The translations under genes were made by a program, and so were the position numbers. From assembly GCA_024137785.1 (NCBI GenBank), contig JAHRHZ010000061.1, positions 17,256,799-17,320,798 on the forward strand: a DNA stretch of 64,000 nucleotides, given 5' to 3'. Each line of letters opens with the position of its first letter. Position 1 is the stretch's first letter. Source of the DNA: Ginglymostoma cirratum. Lineage: Eukaryota. The notes under the pieces are model-generated. The model did no database searches. It was given only the letters and a program-made list of their open reading frames with translations, and had not been told where the DNA came from. Shown here piece by piece: positions 38,523 to 51,184 of this stretch.

Positions 38523-38902
38523 GCTCAAACTGCAGACTCATTTTGTGTTTCTCCCTGCGAAGAGTATCCAAGATGAAAGCTTGTTAAAAAGCTTGTTTCA
38601 ACCCTACTGGAGTGTGCTAGTGGGACTGAACATTCTCGTGTGTACCAGCTTGCATTTGAACATTAGTGCACTGTGAAAGCCATAGTTGAAGAATTATCGC
38701 CACCCTGTGTTGCAGATAAAGAGGCCCCCTCACTCAGACTCAGCACTCAGACAAAGGGAAAAAGGACAACAAATGTACTCCCTCTCTCCTAAATGCTGGA
38801 ATAAAATCACAGTTGAAAATAATCAGAATTACAGACAAATCTGCAAAATTGAAGATCATGAGATGACTATTCAATGAGCAATGTTTATGCTGCTGGTAAG
38901 CT
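38523..38902 (+). repeat. Left arm of a 380-bp inverted duplication
   Basis: Reverse complement of 39941-40320 with ~6 mismatches. Confidence 0.95.
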
Positions 38903-39269
38903 TGGGTTCCTATGTGGTGTCCTCCTTTGATGCTTGACCTGCTGGTTCTTTCTGCAGGCCAGCGAAATGGAAAATTATTGGTGTTGAGATCTCCGTTGTT
39001 CATCATCTGAGGGGTGAATGGATGATTTATCCATCACAAAGGCCATCCAATATGGTATATCTTGGTCATGACTTTACCAAGATTACAATAGGATGGCACC
39101 ATATAATCCTCAGAATTTAGGTCTTGTAAATGCAATGAACTGTCCAGTTTGAAAAGAATGGGACAAAATACAAAATAGAGTAAGAATTGCTAATTAGCTA
39201 TGGTTAGGTGTTGAGTGCTGCAAAAGTAAATAAACTCTTAGATTGCGGCTGGTCTTTAGAAGCAATGTT

Positions 39270-39572
39270 AAGAGCCCATCTGCCCTTTCTTGAGGATATA
39301 AATGATTCCATGGAATTGCTTCAAAGATGATCAAGGGAATTCCCCCAGGTGCATTGACCTATACTTATTCCCCAATCAACATCACCAAAAACAGATTACT
39401 TGGTTAGTTATACCCTGCTGTTTATAGGAACTTTTTGCATATGAATTTCCTGATGAGTTTCCTACATGACTATACAACAGTGACTACACTTCAAAATGCT
39501 ACTTGATTGGTTCTAAGGCATTTTAAGATGTCCTGTGATCATGAAAGGTGTTGTACAAATACAAGTTTTTTT
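39270..39572 (+). mobile_element. Old Deu-domain SINE 3' part
   Basis: caacatcacc.aaaacagatta...acaacagtgactacacttcaaaa...catgaaaggtg...aaatacaag. Confidence 0.7.
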
Positions 39573-39940
39573 TGTATTAAAATAGCTCTAATAACATTTG
39601 CCAAACATGCTTCCGTGTCCTTTTATCCTCTTCCCTTTTTAACATTTGGCCAAATTAATGAAATCCCCATTAGCTTCTAATCCAAGAGCCAAGACCATTC
39701 TTACCAATTGAATTACTTCCATAAAATCTCATATCCTTGACCCCACATTTTCAACACCCAGAAACAATGCACTTCTTATCCTAAACTATCCTTTTATGAT
39801 TACCAACACTTTTACAGATGGTTGGATGACATGGTCATTGTTGTAAATCCAAACGGATTAAAATTAAAATAAAAGATATACTGAACAATCTCTGAACTGT
39901 AGGCGAAGACAAGTAGTTAAACATGGTGATGTTGCAGTTT

Positions 39941-40320
39941 AGCTTACCAGCAGCATTAACATTACTCATTAAATAGTCATCTCATGATCTTCAATTTTGC
40001 ATATTTGTCTGTAATTCTGATTATTTTCAACTGTGATTTTATTCCAGCATTTAGGAGAGAGGGAGTACATTTGTTGTCCTTTTTCCCTTTGTCTGAGTGC
40101 TGAGTTTGAGTGAGGGAGCCTCTTTATCTGCAACACAGGGTGGCGATAATTCTTCAACTATGGCTTTCACAGTGCACTAATGTTCAAATGCAAGCTGGTA
40201 CACACGAGAATGTTCAGTCCCACTAGCACACTCCAGTAGGGTTGAAACAAGCTTTTTAACAAGCTTTCATCTTGGATACTCTTCGCAGGGAGAAACACAA
40301 AATGAGTCTGCAGTTTGAGC
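39941..40320 (-). repeat. Right arm of a 380-bp inverted duplication
   Basis: Reverse complement of 38523-38902. Confidence 0.95.
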
Positions 40321-41794
40321 TATAATCTACAAGGATCATTTGCTATTGAGCAGGCAGTCATCAGCTCTTCTTTATCCTTGTAGTCTGTTTTGACTTGCCT
40401 ATTCTCTCACACTGCTCCTTTGAAGGGTTGTCATTCTAAATTCTCTCAGACAGTCACTTCATTTACATATATGGACAATTTTGACTGTATTAGCCCTCTT
40501 TTTAAAAACACTGTTTGGAATTACAAGTTAAAAATATCCACTGTCCTTCGGGGTGCTGCCCAGTGGTCATGATAACAGATCATTGAGCAATTTCCTGCTC
40601 AGATTTATTTCTGATTTCCAGAATCCACTATACTTCACTTTTGTACAATTGTCGTAGGCTCACGACTTGGAGGGGGGAAACACAACAGATTTAAGGAAAA
40701 CAGGAAGCGGGAACAACAAAATGGAAAGCCAGGTGGCACACATATTTTACTGTGGCATTGTAAGGGTATTCATCACAGGGACAACTTGCAATTACCCGAC
40801 ACCTTTACAATAATGGTTTTCCCTCAGCATGATAAAGCAACGTTTGGCACCAAACACACAATGAGTCATTAGAGAGGTGCCCAAAAATTTGAGAGGTGGT
40901 TATGGACAAACTCAAAAAGAGGGAGCAGCAAAGAGACAGAGGATTTATATGGAATTTCAACAGTTACAGCCGAGACAGCTGAATACACAGCCAATAAACA
41001 GAGCTTGGGCAACTAAAACAGGGGATATATAAGAGGCCTGTATGATGTTGTGCATATTAACTCATTAGCATCTCTGCTGGCTGGATGGTGACTAGGACTT
41101 TTTTTGATATTTTGCCTTGATGTGTGGCATTTAAACCTGAAATTGAAATTTGGAACATGGCAGAAGCGTGATGGACAGGTAAAGTATTCCAGAAGTGGAT
41201 TGCTAAATAATACAGTGGATAGATAATCAGGTAGGAGTTTTACTCACACCTTTCTTCCTTGTTGGCAGTCACGCAAAACAAATGTAAATTATTTTACTGA
41301 GATCTTGATGTGAAACCACTTTTACCTCAGGATTGCTGCAACAGCAGGACTTGTGTCAATACAATCTTAAGGTATTTTTTTGATAAATAGATTGAGGAAC
41401 CTTTATTTAGCCACTGCAGACAAATGCCATCAAATATTAATAACACTCTTGGGATGTTTTATTTGTTAAGACAATAGAAGATGAATATATGAGAAGCTGA
41501 TGAATATTTCATTGTAGAAAGTAAATCCATTCTCATATTATTGCTGCGATTTCTTCTTGTCACTTCTAAGTCTGGACTGCCTAGCAACAGGATACTTAGG
41601 CTAGCATTAGCAAATGGCCAAGTGCTGCCCTGTTCTGGCTAGAAAGAGGTAACTCATCAGTTATTGAGAAAAGATATACACATGAGATTTTAAACTGTGG
41701 TTCATCATTTGCTTTCATTGTCAGTATTTGCAATGATAGTCCCTGCTAACAAGTAAACTGACCCAAATCACAAACATCCTTATTGGAATAAAAA

Positions 41795-41992
41795 CAAAGA
41801 ACTGCAAAAATCTGAAACAGAAGCAAAAATTGCAGAAGAAACTCAGCACTTCTGGCAGCATCTGTGGAGAGAAAGCAGAGGTAATGTTTCAGGTCCAGTG
41901 TAGAAAGGTCAGTGGACTCAAGATATTAACTATGCTTTCTTTCCACAAACATTGCCAGACCTGCTGAGTTTTTCGAGCAATTTCTGGCTTTA
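41795..41992. mobile_element. Decayed inverted pair of PLE family B termini
   Basis: aaactcagca..tctggcagcatctgtgga mirrored by tccacaaacattgccagacctgctgagttt. Confidence 0.6.
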
Positions 41993-43084
41993 CCCCAAAT
42001 AGAATGATGGATAAATTGTCTACCTGTGTGATATCTAGCTATGCAAAACAGAAAAGTTCCGGGTTTCAGAGTCAAGAAATGACATATTTGCCGATCTCGA
42101 CTTTGGTGGAACGGGAATGTTACAGTACCATGCATGGCGTTTGCAAAATATCTAGGCTTACACTCCAGTGGAAATCTGCGACAGCGTACATTATCAGAGG
42201 TGGCATCTATTTTGTGAAAAATAGCTTTTAAACCTCAAGTGAAATCTTGCTCTTAGCCTCCACTCCCTCCTGTGGTTCTGTGATAGCTGAGTTAGAAGGT
42301 TATGATTCTGGGTCTGCTTCAGATTTGTGAAGATAAAATCTCGGTCGTATGTTGCAGTACAGTCCTTAGACCGTGCTGCGCTGCTGTAAGTGTCATGTTT
42401 TAGATGAGATGTTAAACAAAAGGTTGTGTCTGGCATCTCAAATGAACCAGTACAACTGTGATTGTACTTCAAATACCCACCATCGGCTGAAAAGCAGGAC
42501 TTCTGGAATCCTGAAATTCTAAACTGAAAGGGCGGTGAGGGTGAGAGGGCTGGATAAACGGGATCAGGATTTCGGTACTTGAAAGTATCCTATCGCAACA
42601 CAACAATTTCCAGCTAAACACGGACAGGTTCCCATTATCAAATAGATGGTTGTCATTGCCAACAGTGAATGTGAAGAATGATTATTAGATGGGGTATCAG
42701 AGAATTGTTATGATGCTGGGAAACAAGACCATTCCTTTATTAATATGACCCTGGATCACAGCATTATTGAGCAAGAAATTTGCCACTGAAGTTAAACTCC
42801 TGATGATAAGGGACACAGGATCTGCATAGACAGAGAGTAGTGATGCTGATTCCAAACAAATATCGAATATACCGACTTATACTAAAAATATCCACTTCAT
42901 TGTGCACCCACTTTGTTCCAGCTGGCAAATAATTCCCATTCAGATGATTTCCAACAGGTTGTTTTTTGCATTCTAAGATGACCAAAGAGGTTTACACACA
43001 GTTATATCATTCGTTGAAAAATTGGTACCTTCATGGTGACATCAGGATCTGCCCAACTGCATGATCTTCTTATTGTGCACAAAA

Positions 43085-43820
43085 TGATTTGATTTGATTT
43101 ATTTTTGTCACATGTACCTAAGTACAATGAACAGTTTTGTTTTGCCAGCAGTACAGGCAGATCATAGCAAACAAGGACATATGCATCATAGTGTGTTTGG
43201 ACAGAGTGAGGCATACAAGGCTACAACTGCACAGGAGGCGCACAAAAGCATGGTCAACATTAGATTTGAAATTAGAGAGGTCCATTCAGCAGTCTAATAA
43301 CAGCTGTTGTTGAGCATGTAGGTGTGTGTGTTCAAGCTTCTATATCTTCCGTCTGGTTGAAGAAGTTGCGAGAGAGTATTACTGGGGTGGGAGGGTCTTT
43401 GAAGATGTTGGCAGCCTTTCTGTGGCAACGAGAAGTGTAAATAGAGTCCCTGGATGGGAAGTTGGCTTCCGTGATGGTCTGGGCTGTGCACACAACCTTC
43501 TGTAGTTTCTTACAGTCGTGGGCAGAGCAGTTGACATAACAGGCCATTATGCACCTGGACAGTATGCATTCTATGGTACCTCTGTAGAAGCTGGTGAGGG
43601 ACATTATGGACATGCCAAATTTCCTAAGAGGAAGAAGTGGCCTTGTTGTGCCTTCTTGACTGTTGCATCTACCTGGGAGATCCTGGACAAATTGTTGGCT
43701 ATCATCACTCCTAGGAACTTGACACTCTCGACCCTCTCCATCTCAGATCCATTGATATAGATAGGGGCTCTTTTCTCCATTTCCAGAAAATACAACCCAT
43801 CGATGTTCTGGCAATGGAGG
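43085..43820 (-). mobile_element. Rex1/Babar LINE 3' fragment
   Basis: INGSEMERVESVKFLGV, FYRGTIECILS.CI..YVNCSAHDCKKLQKVV.TAQ.I, IYTSRC.RKA.NI.KDP, and an (aaatc)n tail. Confidence 0.85.
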
Positions 43821-43824
43821 GAGT

Positions 43825-44545
43825 GCAACAAAGATTTACCAGACTGATTCTTGAGATGGCAGGGATTATGTATGAAGAGAGACTGAATTGGTTAGGACTA
43901 CTGAAATAACTCCACAGAGATCGGTATCTTGTCACCAGGTGATCCTATATTTACATAAGGACAGCCATTGACACTGATCCAGCTCCCTCAAAGCCAGCTG
44001 TCAGAGTGAACAGGTTGTGACACTCCTGTTCTTATCTGTCAGCCAGGGCTCCCGGATTGGACCAGATTAACAGCCTCAATCAGGGAATTCATATTCTATA
44101 ATGTCCACCCGGTTGACCTCATTACAATGATTACAGCTATATTTACTAGAGTTTAGGATATTGAAGGGAGAACCTCATAGAAACCTATAAAATTCTAACA
44201 ACTACACAGGGTAGATGCAGGAAGGATGCTTCTAATGACTGGGAAGTCAAGTAGCAGGGGTCACAGTCTAAGGATACAGTGTAGACAATTTAGGACAGAA
44301 ACGAGAAGCTACTTTCATCCAGAGAATGACGAGCCTGAAATTCTCTGCCATGGAAAACAGTTGAAACATTAAAGGCTTTGAAGAAGGAGTTAGAAATAAA
44401 CAGTACTTAGGGATAAAGGGATCAAAGGCTTTGGGAAAAGCAGGAACAGGGGACCGAGTTGAACGATCTGCCATGATCATAATAAATAGCAGAGCAGGCT
44501 CGAAGGGCCCCTGCTCCTATCTTCTATGTTTCTACATGTCTATGT
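43825..44545 (+). mobile_element. CR1 3' fragment with an inserted probable solo LTR (43902-44135)
   Basis: YEERL..LGL | ...ETYKIL continues across the insertion, ending in a ttctatgtt tail. Confidence 0.75.
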
Positions 44546-44849
44546 TTCAAAGTCTCAGGTAGATACCATTCACCTTGACTGTGGAAATAACACAACGTGC
44601 ACCACATAATATGTGTTCCTGTACTTTTAAAAATTGGTGTATTGTGGCCAGGATCCAGTTCCTTCCGATCTCCTTCGATTTTTCATCGGGAAAATGGGTG
44701 ATCTTTGTTTGATGTTGCCCCTGTTGAGGCTCCATCTTAAATCATGATGTGTGACACTCACCAGTTTTATATTAAAAAATAATCACCTGAAGAATGGTTA
44801 GTCTTCTTCCCAAAGCTAAGAAGCACTGGTATGGTCAGGAATTCCTAGA

Positions 44850-45500
44850 TATCAGATTATGATTTGTAGATATATATGCACTGAAATCATTGAAGGCTAC
44901 AGGGCAGGTTGATAAAGTGTTTAAAAATTACAGAGTCCTGGGTTTTATAATCAGAGGCATGGAACACAAAAGCAAGGATGTTATAGTAAACATTTATAAA
45001 ATACTGGTTCAGCCTCAACTAGTATTGGGTGCAGTTTGGGTGCCATGCTTTTGAAAGGGTGTTAAGACATCAAAATGGGTGCAAAAAAGATTCATGAGAA
45101 TGGTTCCAGGGATGAGAGATTTCCATTCCGTAAATAGATTAAGTAGCTATTATTCTCCTTAGAGAAGTGCAAGAGGAGATTTGTTGATGATATTCAAAAT
45201 CACGAGGGGCTCTGCACAGAGCAGATAAGGAGAAGCTATTCCCATTGGCTGGAGAACCAGAGGACACCAATTTAAGGTTAGCCGTTCTTTTGTCAAAGGT
45301 GACAAGAGGAAAAATTATTTTTTAAATGGTTAGCATCTGGGATACACTGCCTGAGAGATTGATGGAGACAAATTCAATCGCAGCTTTCAAAAGGAAATTT
45401 GATAAGTACCTGAAGAGAAAGGAATTGCAGGGCCGTGGAAAAAAGAGGTGGGGGAAACAGACACAGACATGCAAGTGGGGGGACCATTTGCATTGCTCTT
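44850..45500 (+). mobile_element. Old CR1 LINE 3' fragment
   Basis: YKILVQPQL..., RMVPGMR, WDTLPE...FKRKFDKYL. Confidence 0.75.
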
Positions 45501-46863
45501 CCAGGAAGCAAAATTGTTACATTAGCTTAATTTTTTTTTAATCTCATGTGAATGAGATGATTTACATTCCATTTTAGCATCAGGGTGACTGGAAACTGTA
45601 ATTTATTAACCATTCAGCCTTCATTCTCATAGTTCAAGTGGTCACCAAGGAAACAGTCCTATAACCCATCCCCTGGAGCTGTGCAGATAAGGCAGTGAAT
45701 GCTCTTTTCTTCAGTGGGTGGGTGGGGGTGGTGGTGTGGTGGGGATTGGAGGGGATATTGTGATTTAGCTTTAATTGTTAAAATGACCAGAAATTCACAT
45801 TTCAAGATTAGTAAAGGAAGTTGAACATCCCGCTTTCCCCCCTTATGAACCTCTGAGCTCACAGGAACACAGCAATTTTTCTACCGTGATAGTTAGTAAA
45901 TTACTCCCATCTGCACTGTGGAACCGGTGAAACAAAACCATTGTTGCTGTGGTAGCAAGCATACATCCATTGAGAAGTTACCTATCACAGTAATACAAAG
46001 AGCCTGTATCCATTGACCGTGAGATACGATAATGACAAGAGATGAAAAATGATAATATGAACATGAGGAGGCATTTTCTCTCTGTATAGATTATGGCACT
46101 TAAAAGAACATGAAGGAAATTGGTTATGGTGAATAAATAGCAATTGTCCCAATTTAAACCACTGCTGTTCCAAGCTAATTTTGATGCTATTCCGAACTAT
46201 AGCAGCATATATAGGAAAGAGGTGAATATCTGAGCATGTTTCAGTGACCCAGACATATGCTTCTGTATTTCAACAACGCAGTAATATAGGATAGCAAGTT
46301 CCCTTGAGACACTTTCTTACAGATGACCAGCAGAAATGAACCATTCTCATTGAATTTATACTCTTTTGTAAAAGTCAATTGTCAAATGTCAAAAGGCAAA
46401 CTGTGAAAAAGCACTTCAGAGAAAGTGTAACATCACGTGGAATGATCTCCCAAGTAAACTGATGGAGACAAAATTTCTGGTATTATTCATGCAACAGGTG
46501 GATGCAGGGTCAATGTGGATCAATGAAAGGGAAGCTGTGCTCGACAAAAGCTCGCGATTTGTGACAACTGAGAGAGGCAAAGGGGTGTCAGTAGATGTGA
46601 ATTTAGGTTTTCAAACAAAAATCATTCAATAAAAGATGCCTTGCGAGATGTTTTTACAGAAAATTAAGACTTAGAAGTGGGGGGGAGGCATCATGTTTTA
46701 GCATGATTTAAGGATTGTTTTTAATGGATATAGCTCAGTAGGAATAAGTGGGACATTTTCAGTTGGCAGGCTATAACTAGTGGAGTATCACAAAGATCAG
46801 CACTTCTGCTTGAGTGACTTACAGTGTCTATTAATGACTAAAATGAAGTGACAATGTGTCCAA

Positions 46864-47004
46864 ATAAAAACTGAAAGAACTGCAGATGCTGCAAATCAGG
46901 AACAAAAACAGAAGTTACTGGAAAAGCTCAGCAGGTCTGGCAGCATCTGTGAAGTAAAAAGATCAGAGTTAACGTTTTGGGTCTGGTGACCCTTCCTCAG
47001 AACT
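46864..47004 (-). mobile_element. PLE family B mini-element with hammerhead (46967-47004, G12>A), inserted in an old CR1 (~46540-47470)
   Basis: agtt-CTGAGGA-A-GGGTC(acca)GACCC-AAAA-CG-TT-aact, with imperfect TSD gacaatg..tccaa. Confidence 0.75.
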
Positions 47005-47579
47005 GGACAATGATCCAACTTTGTTGAGGATATTAAGCTAGGTGGGAAAGTAAGCAGCAAGAAGGATGAATTAAAGGCTGCAAAGGCATATGGGCAGGTT
47101 TGGTGAGGGGTATGATTGAGGCACTGGAATACAATGTGGTGAAGTGTGAAGTTATCTCCATAATGTTAAAAAACAGAACTTTTTGAATAGTGAGAGACTG
47201 GGGCAAATGAAAAACAGTACATTCAGAGGGCCCTCGGTGGTCTTGGCTGCGATTGACAGAAAATTAAAGTGTTGGTACAGCAAGCAATTAGCAAAGAAAA
47301 TGGTATATTATAGAATCACAGAATTGTGACAGTGCAGAACGTGGCCAATCAGCCCATCGATCCTGCATGAGTGAACTTTTAACTTTAGTTACAAAGAGAA
47401 TGAAGTACAAGAGTAAAGAAGACATACTACTGTTGCACAGGTCATTGGTGAGACCACATCTAAGAAAGGACTGACACAAGGGAAAGTGCAACAAAACATT
47501 CATTAATTGTGGCCTGATTGATCCTGCTGGCACCTCCTGGTTTTTGCCACCTCTGCCTATATATGGTTCAGAGTATAAG

Positions 47580-48580
47580 ACCCTTAAGATGTCGGACAGA
47601 ATTAGGCCGTTCAACCCATACATTCTGCTCCACCATTCAACGGCTGAACTGAGTCCTCAACCCCACATTCCTGTCTCCTCCCCACCCTTGATTCCCTTAC
47701 AGATTAAAAATTGTTGTCTCAGCCTTGAATATACATAAGGATCCAACCCCATCAGTCCTCTGTGGTAAAAGAATTCCACAGATTCACTACCCTCAGAGAA
47801 GAAATTCCTCCTCATCTCTACCTTAAAAGTTCAACCACTTATTTTGAGATTATGCCCTGTGCTCCTAGATTCTCTCAGAAGGAGAAACAACCTTTCCGCA
47901 TCTACTCTGTCAGATTCCCTAAGAATCTTGTATACTTCAATAAGGTATCCTTTCATTCTTCCATATTCCAATATGTACAGGCTCAATGTGCTCAGCATCT
48001 CCTCATAAGCAAGCCCCTCTATACCTGGTAATAGCTTGTGAGCCTTCTTTAGACTGCATCCAATGCCAGCATATCTTTGTTTCGATAAGCAAACTTGTTC
48101 ACAGTTTTCCAGCTACTGTCTAATTAATATCTTGTACAGTTTTAGCAAAACCTCCCTACTTTAATACTCTATTCCCTTTGAAATAAAAGCCAACATTCCA
48201 TTTGCCTTCCCCGTTAGCTGGTGAACTCGGATGCTACTTTTTTTTTGTGATTCACGAACGAGGTCTCCCAGATTGTCCTGTTTTATAACATTCTGCAGTC
48301 TTTCTACATTTAATATTCAGCTCCTCTATTCTTTCTGCCAAAATGCATAACATCCCACTTTTCCACACCATTTTCCAGCTGCCAAATTTTTGCCCAATTT
48401 CTTAACCTGTTTATAACCACACATTCTTTCTTTCACCATTTGCCTTCCCGCCTATTTTTGTGGCATCTTCAAAGCTGGCTTTAGTACATTCACTTCCCTC
48501 ATCCAAATCATTCACGGCACACCACTACTTCCAGGTCGCCATCATGAAAATGCACCCCTTAATTCCAACTCTCTGTCTTC
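47580..48580 (-). mobile_element. Old CR1 LINE 3' fragment
   Basis: Decayed RT C-terminus, ...gtagtgaatctgtggaattct..., and 3' UTR. Confidence 0.75.
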
Positions 48581-51026
48581 GAGGTGAGCTTGCAGAATGG
48601 ATAGGTACCTGGGACTTCGATAGAGCAGGGTCAGGAATGGACGTTACAGGTTCTAGGGTTTAGATCTTTCATAAAGATCAGGGAAGGTGGTAAAAGAGAG
48701 GGAAGTGGGGCTTTGTTAGTCAAGGACAGTATAGCGGTGGCTGAAAGAACTTTTGATGAGGACTCGTCTACTGAGGTGGTATGGGCTGAGATCAGAAACA
48801 GGAGAGGAGAGGTCACACTGCTGGGAGTTTTTTATAGGCCTCCGCAAAGTTCCAGGGATGTGGAGGAGAGGATCGGCAAAACGATTCTGGGCAGGAGTGA
48901 AAGGAACAGGGTGGTCATTATGGGAGACTTTAACTTCCCCAACATTGACTGGAAATGCTATAACTCTAGTATGTCGGATGGATCGGTTTTTGTCCAATGT
49001 GTGCAGGAGGGTTTCCTGACACAGTATGTCGAAGGGCCGACAAGAGGGGAGGCCACACTGGATCTGCTACTTGGTAATGAACCAGGCCAGGTGTTTGATT
49101 TAGTGGTAGGTGAGCACTTTGGAGAGAGTGACCATAATTCGGTTACGTTTAGTTTAACGATGGAAAGGGATAGGAACATGCCACTGGGCAAGAGTTACAG
49201 ATGGGGGAAGGACAATTATAATGCGATTAGGCAAGACTTAGGAAGGATAGAATGGGGTAGCAAAATGCAGGGGATGGGGACAATCGAAACGTGGAGCTGG
49301 TTTAAGGAACAGATATTGCGTGTCCTTGATAGGTATGTCCCTTTCAGGCAGGGAGGAAGTGATAAGGTAAGGCAACCTTGGTTTACAAAAGAAATTGTAT
49401 CTCTCGTTAAGCGGAAGAGGGAGGCTTATGTGACATTGAGACGAGATGGTTCAGATGAGGCGATGGAGAGTTACAGATTAGCTAGGAAGGATTTAAAGAG
49501 AGAGTTAAGAAGAGCAAGGAGGGGACATGAGCAGTCATTAGCAGGTAGAATTAAGGAGAACCCTAAAGCTTTCTATAGGTATGTGGGGAATAAAAGGATG
49601 ACTAGGGTAAGAATAGGGCCAGTCAAAGACAGAAGTGGGAAGTTGTGTGTGGACCCTGTGGAGATCGGAGAGGTGCTAAACAAATATTTCTCATCTGTTT
49701 TCACTGGGGAAAAGGAGAATATTGTAGAGGAGAAGACTGAGATACGGGCTATTAGACTTGAAAGGATTGAGGTTAGTAAGGAGGAGGTGTTATCAATCCT
49801 AGAAGGTGTGAAGATAGATAAATTCCCTGGGCCAGATGGGACTTTTCCAAGGATTCTCTAGGAAGCTAGGGAGGAGATGGCGGAGCCTTTGGCCTTGATC
49901 TTTGAGTCGTCATTGGCTACAGGTTTAGTACCAGAGGACTGGAGGATTGCAAATGTTGTGCCCTTGTTCAAGAAGAGCAGTAGAGATGACCCAGGTAATT
50001 ATAGACCAGTGAGCCTTACATCTGTTGTAGGAAAAGTTTTGGAAAGGATTATAAGAGATAGGATTTATAATCATCTAGCAAGCAACAATTTGATTGGAGA
50101 TAGTCAACATGGATTCGTCAAGGACAGGTCGTGTCTCACAAACCTCATTGAGTTTTTTGAGAAGGTGACCAAGCATGTGGATGAGGGTAGGGCAGTTGAT
50201 GTGGTGTACATGGACTTCAGTAAAGCCTTTGATAAGGTTCCACATGGTAGGCTATTGGAGAAAATGCGGAGGCATGGGATTGAGGGAGATTTAGCAGTTT
50301 GGATTAGAAACTGGCTTTCTGAAAGAAGGCAAAGAGTGGTGGTTGATGGAAAATATTCAGCCTGGAGTCCGGTTACTAGTGGTGTGCCACAAGGATCTGT
50401 TTTGGGACCACTGCGGTTTGTCATTTTTATAAATGATTTGGACGCAGACATAGCTGGATGGGTTAGTAAGTTTGCAGATGACACTAAAGTCGGTGGAGTG
50501 GTGGACAGTGTGGAAGAATGTTGCAGGTTGCAGGGAGACTTGGATAAACTGCAGAATTGTGCTGAAAGGTGGCAAATGGAGTTCAATGCAGATAAATGTG
50601 AGGTGATGCACTTTGGGAAGAATAATAGGAAGGCAGAATACTGGGTCAATGGAAAGATTCTTGGTAGTGTGGATGTGCAGAGGAATCTTGGTGTCCAGGT
50701 ACATAGATCCCTGAAAGTTGCCACCCAGGTTGATAGTGCTGTTAAGAAGGCATACGGTGTGTTAGGTTTCATTGGTAGAGGGATTGAGTTCCGGAGCCGT
50801 GATGTCATGCTGCAACTGTACAAAACGCTAGTGCGGCCTCACTTGGAATATTGCATACAGTTCTGGTGGCCGCATTACAGGAAGGATGTGGAAGCATTGG
50901 AAAAGGTGCAGAGGAGATTTACCAGGATGTTGCCTGGTCTGGAGCGAAGGTCTTATGAGGAAAGACTGAGGGACTTGGGTCTATTCTCATTGGAGAGAAG
51001 AAGGCTGAGAGGGGATTTAATAGAGA
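48580..51026 (+). mobile_element. Young CR1/HER1 LINE ORF2 (APE endonuclease plus RT), one in-frame stop, 5'- and 3'-truncated
   Basis: ORFs 48713-49861 and 49877-51040 are in the same frame, separated by TAG (probably TGG>TAG). Motifs [46 protein letters not shown]. Confidence 0.96.
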
Positions 51027-51184
51027 AACCAGAAGAATAGATTGAGTTCAATGTAACATCAAAATTAAGTTCCTCAGAACCATTGCCTTGTGCAATGTAG
51101 ATATATTCCTATGAAAGGAAATTGAGTAGACTAGGCCTAGAGGCGTTTATAAGAATCAATGAGGATCTCATTAAATCATATCAA

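Noticed and set aside
38686-40157. Duplicated 62-63 aa ORFs as a small gene pair
   Set aside because: They are a by-product of the inverted duplication, start at TTG and show no recognisable domain.
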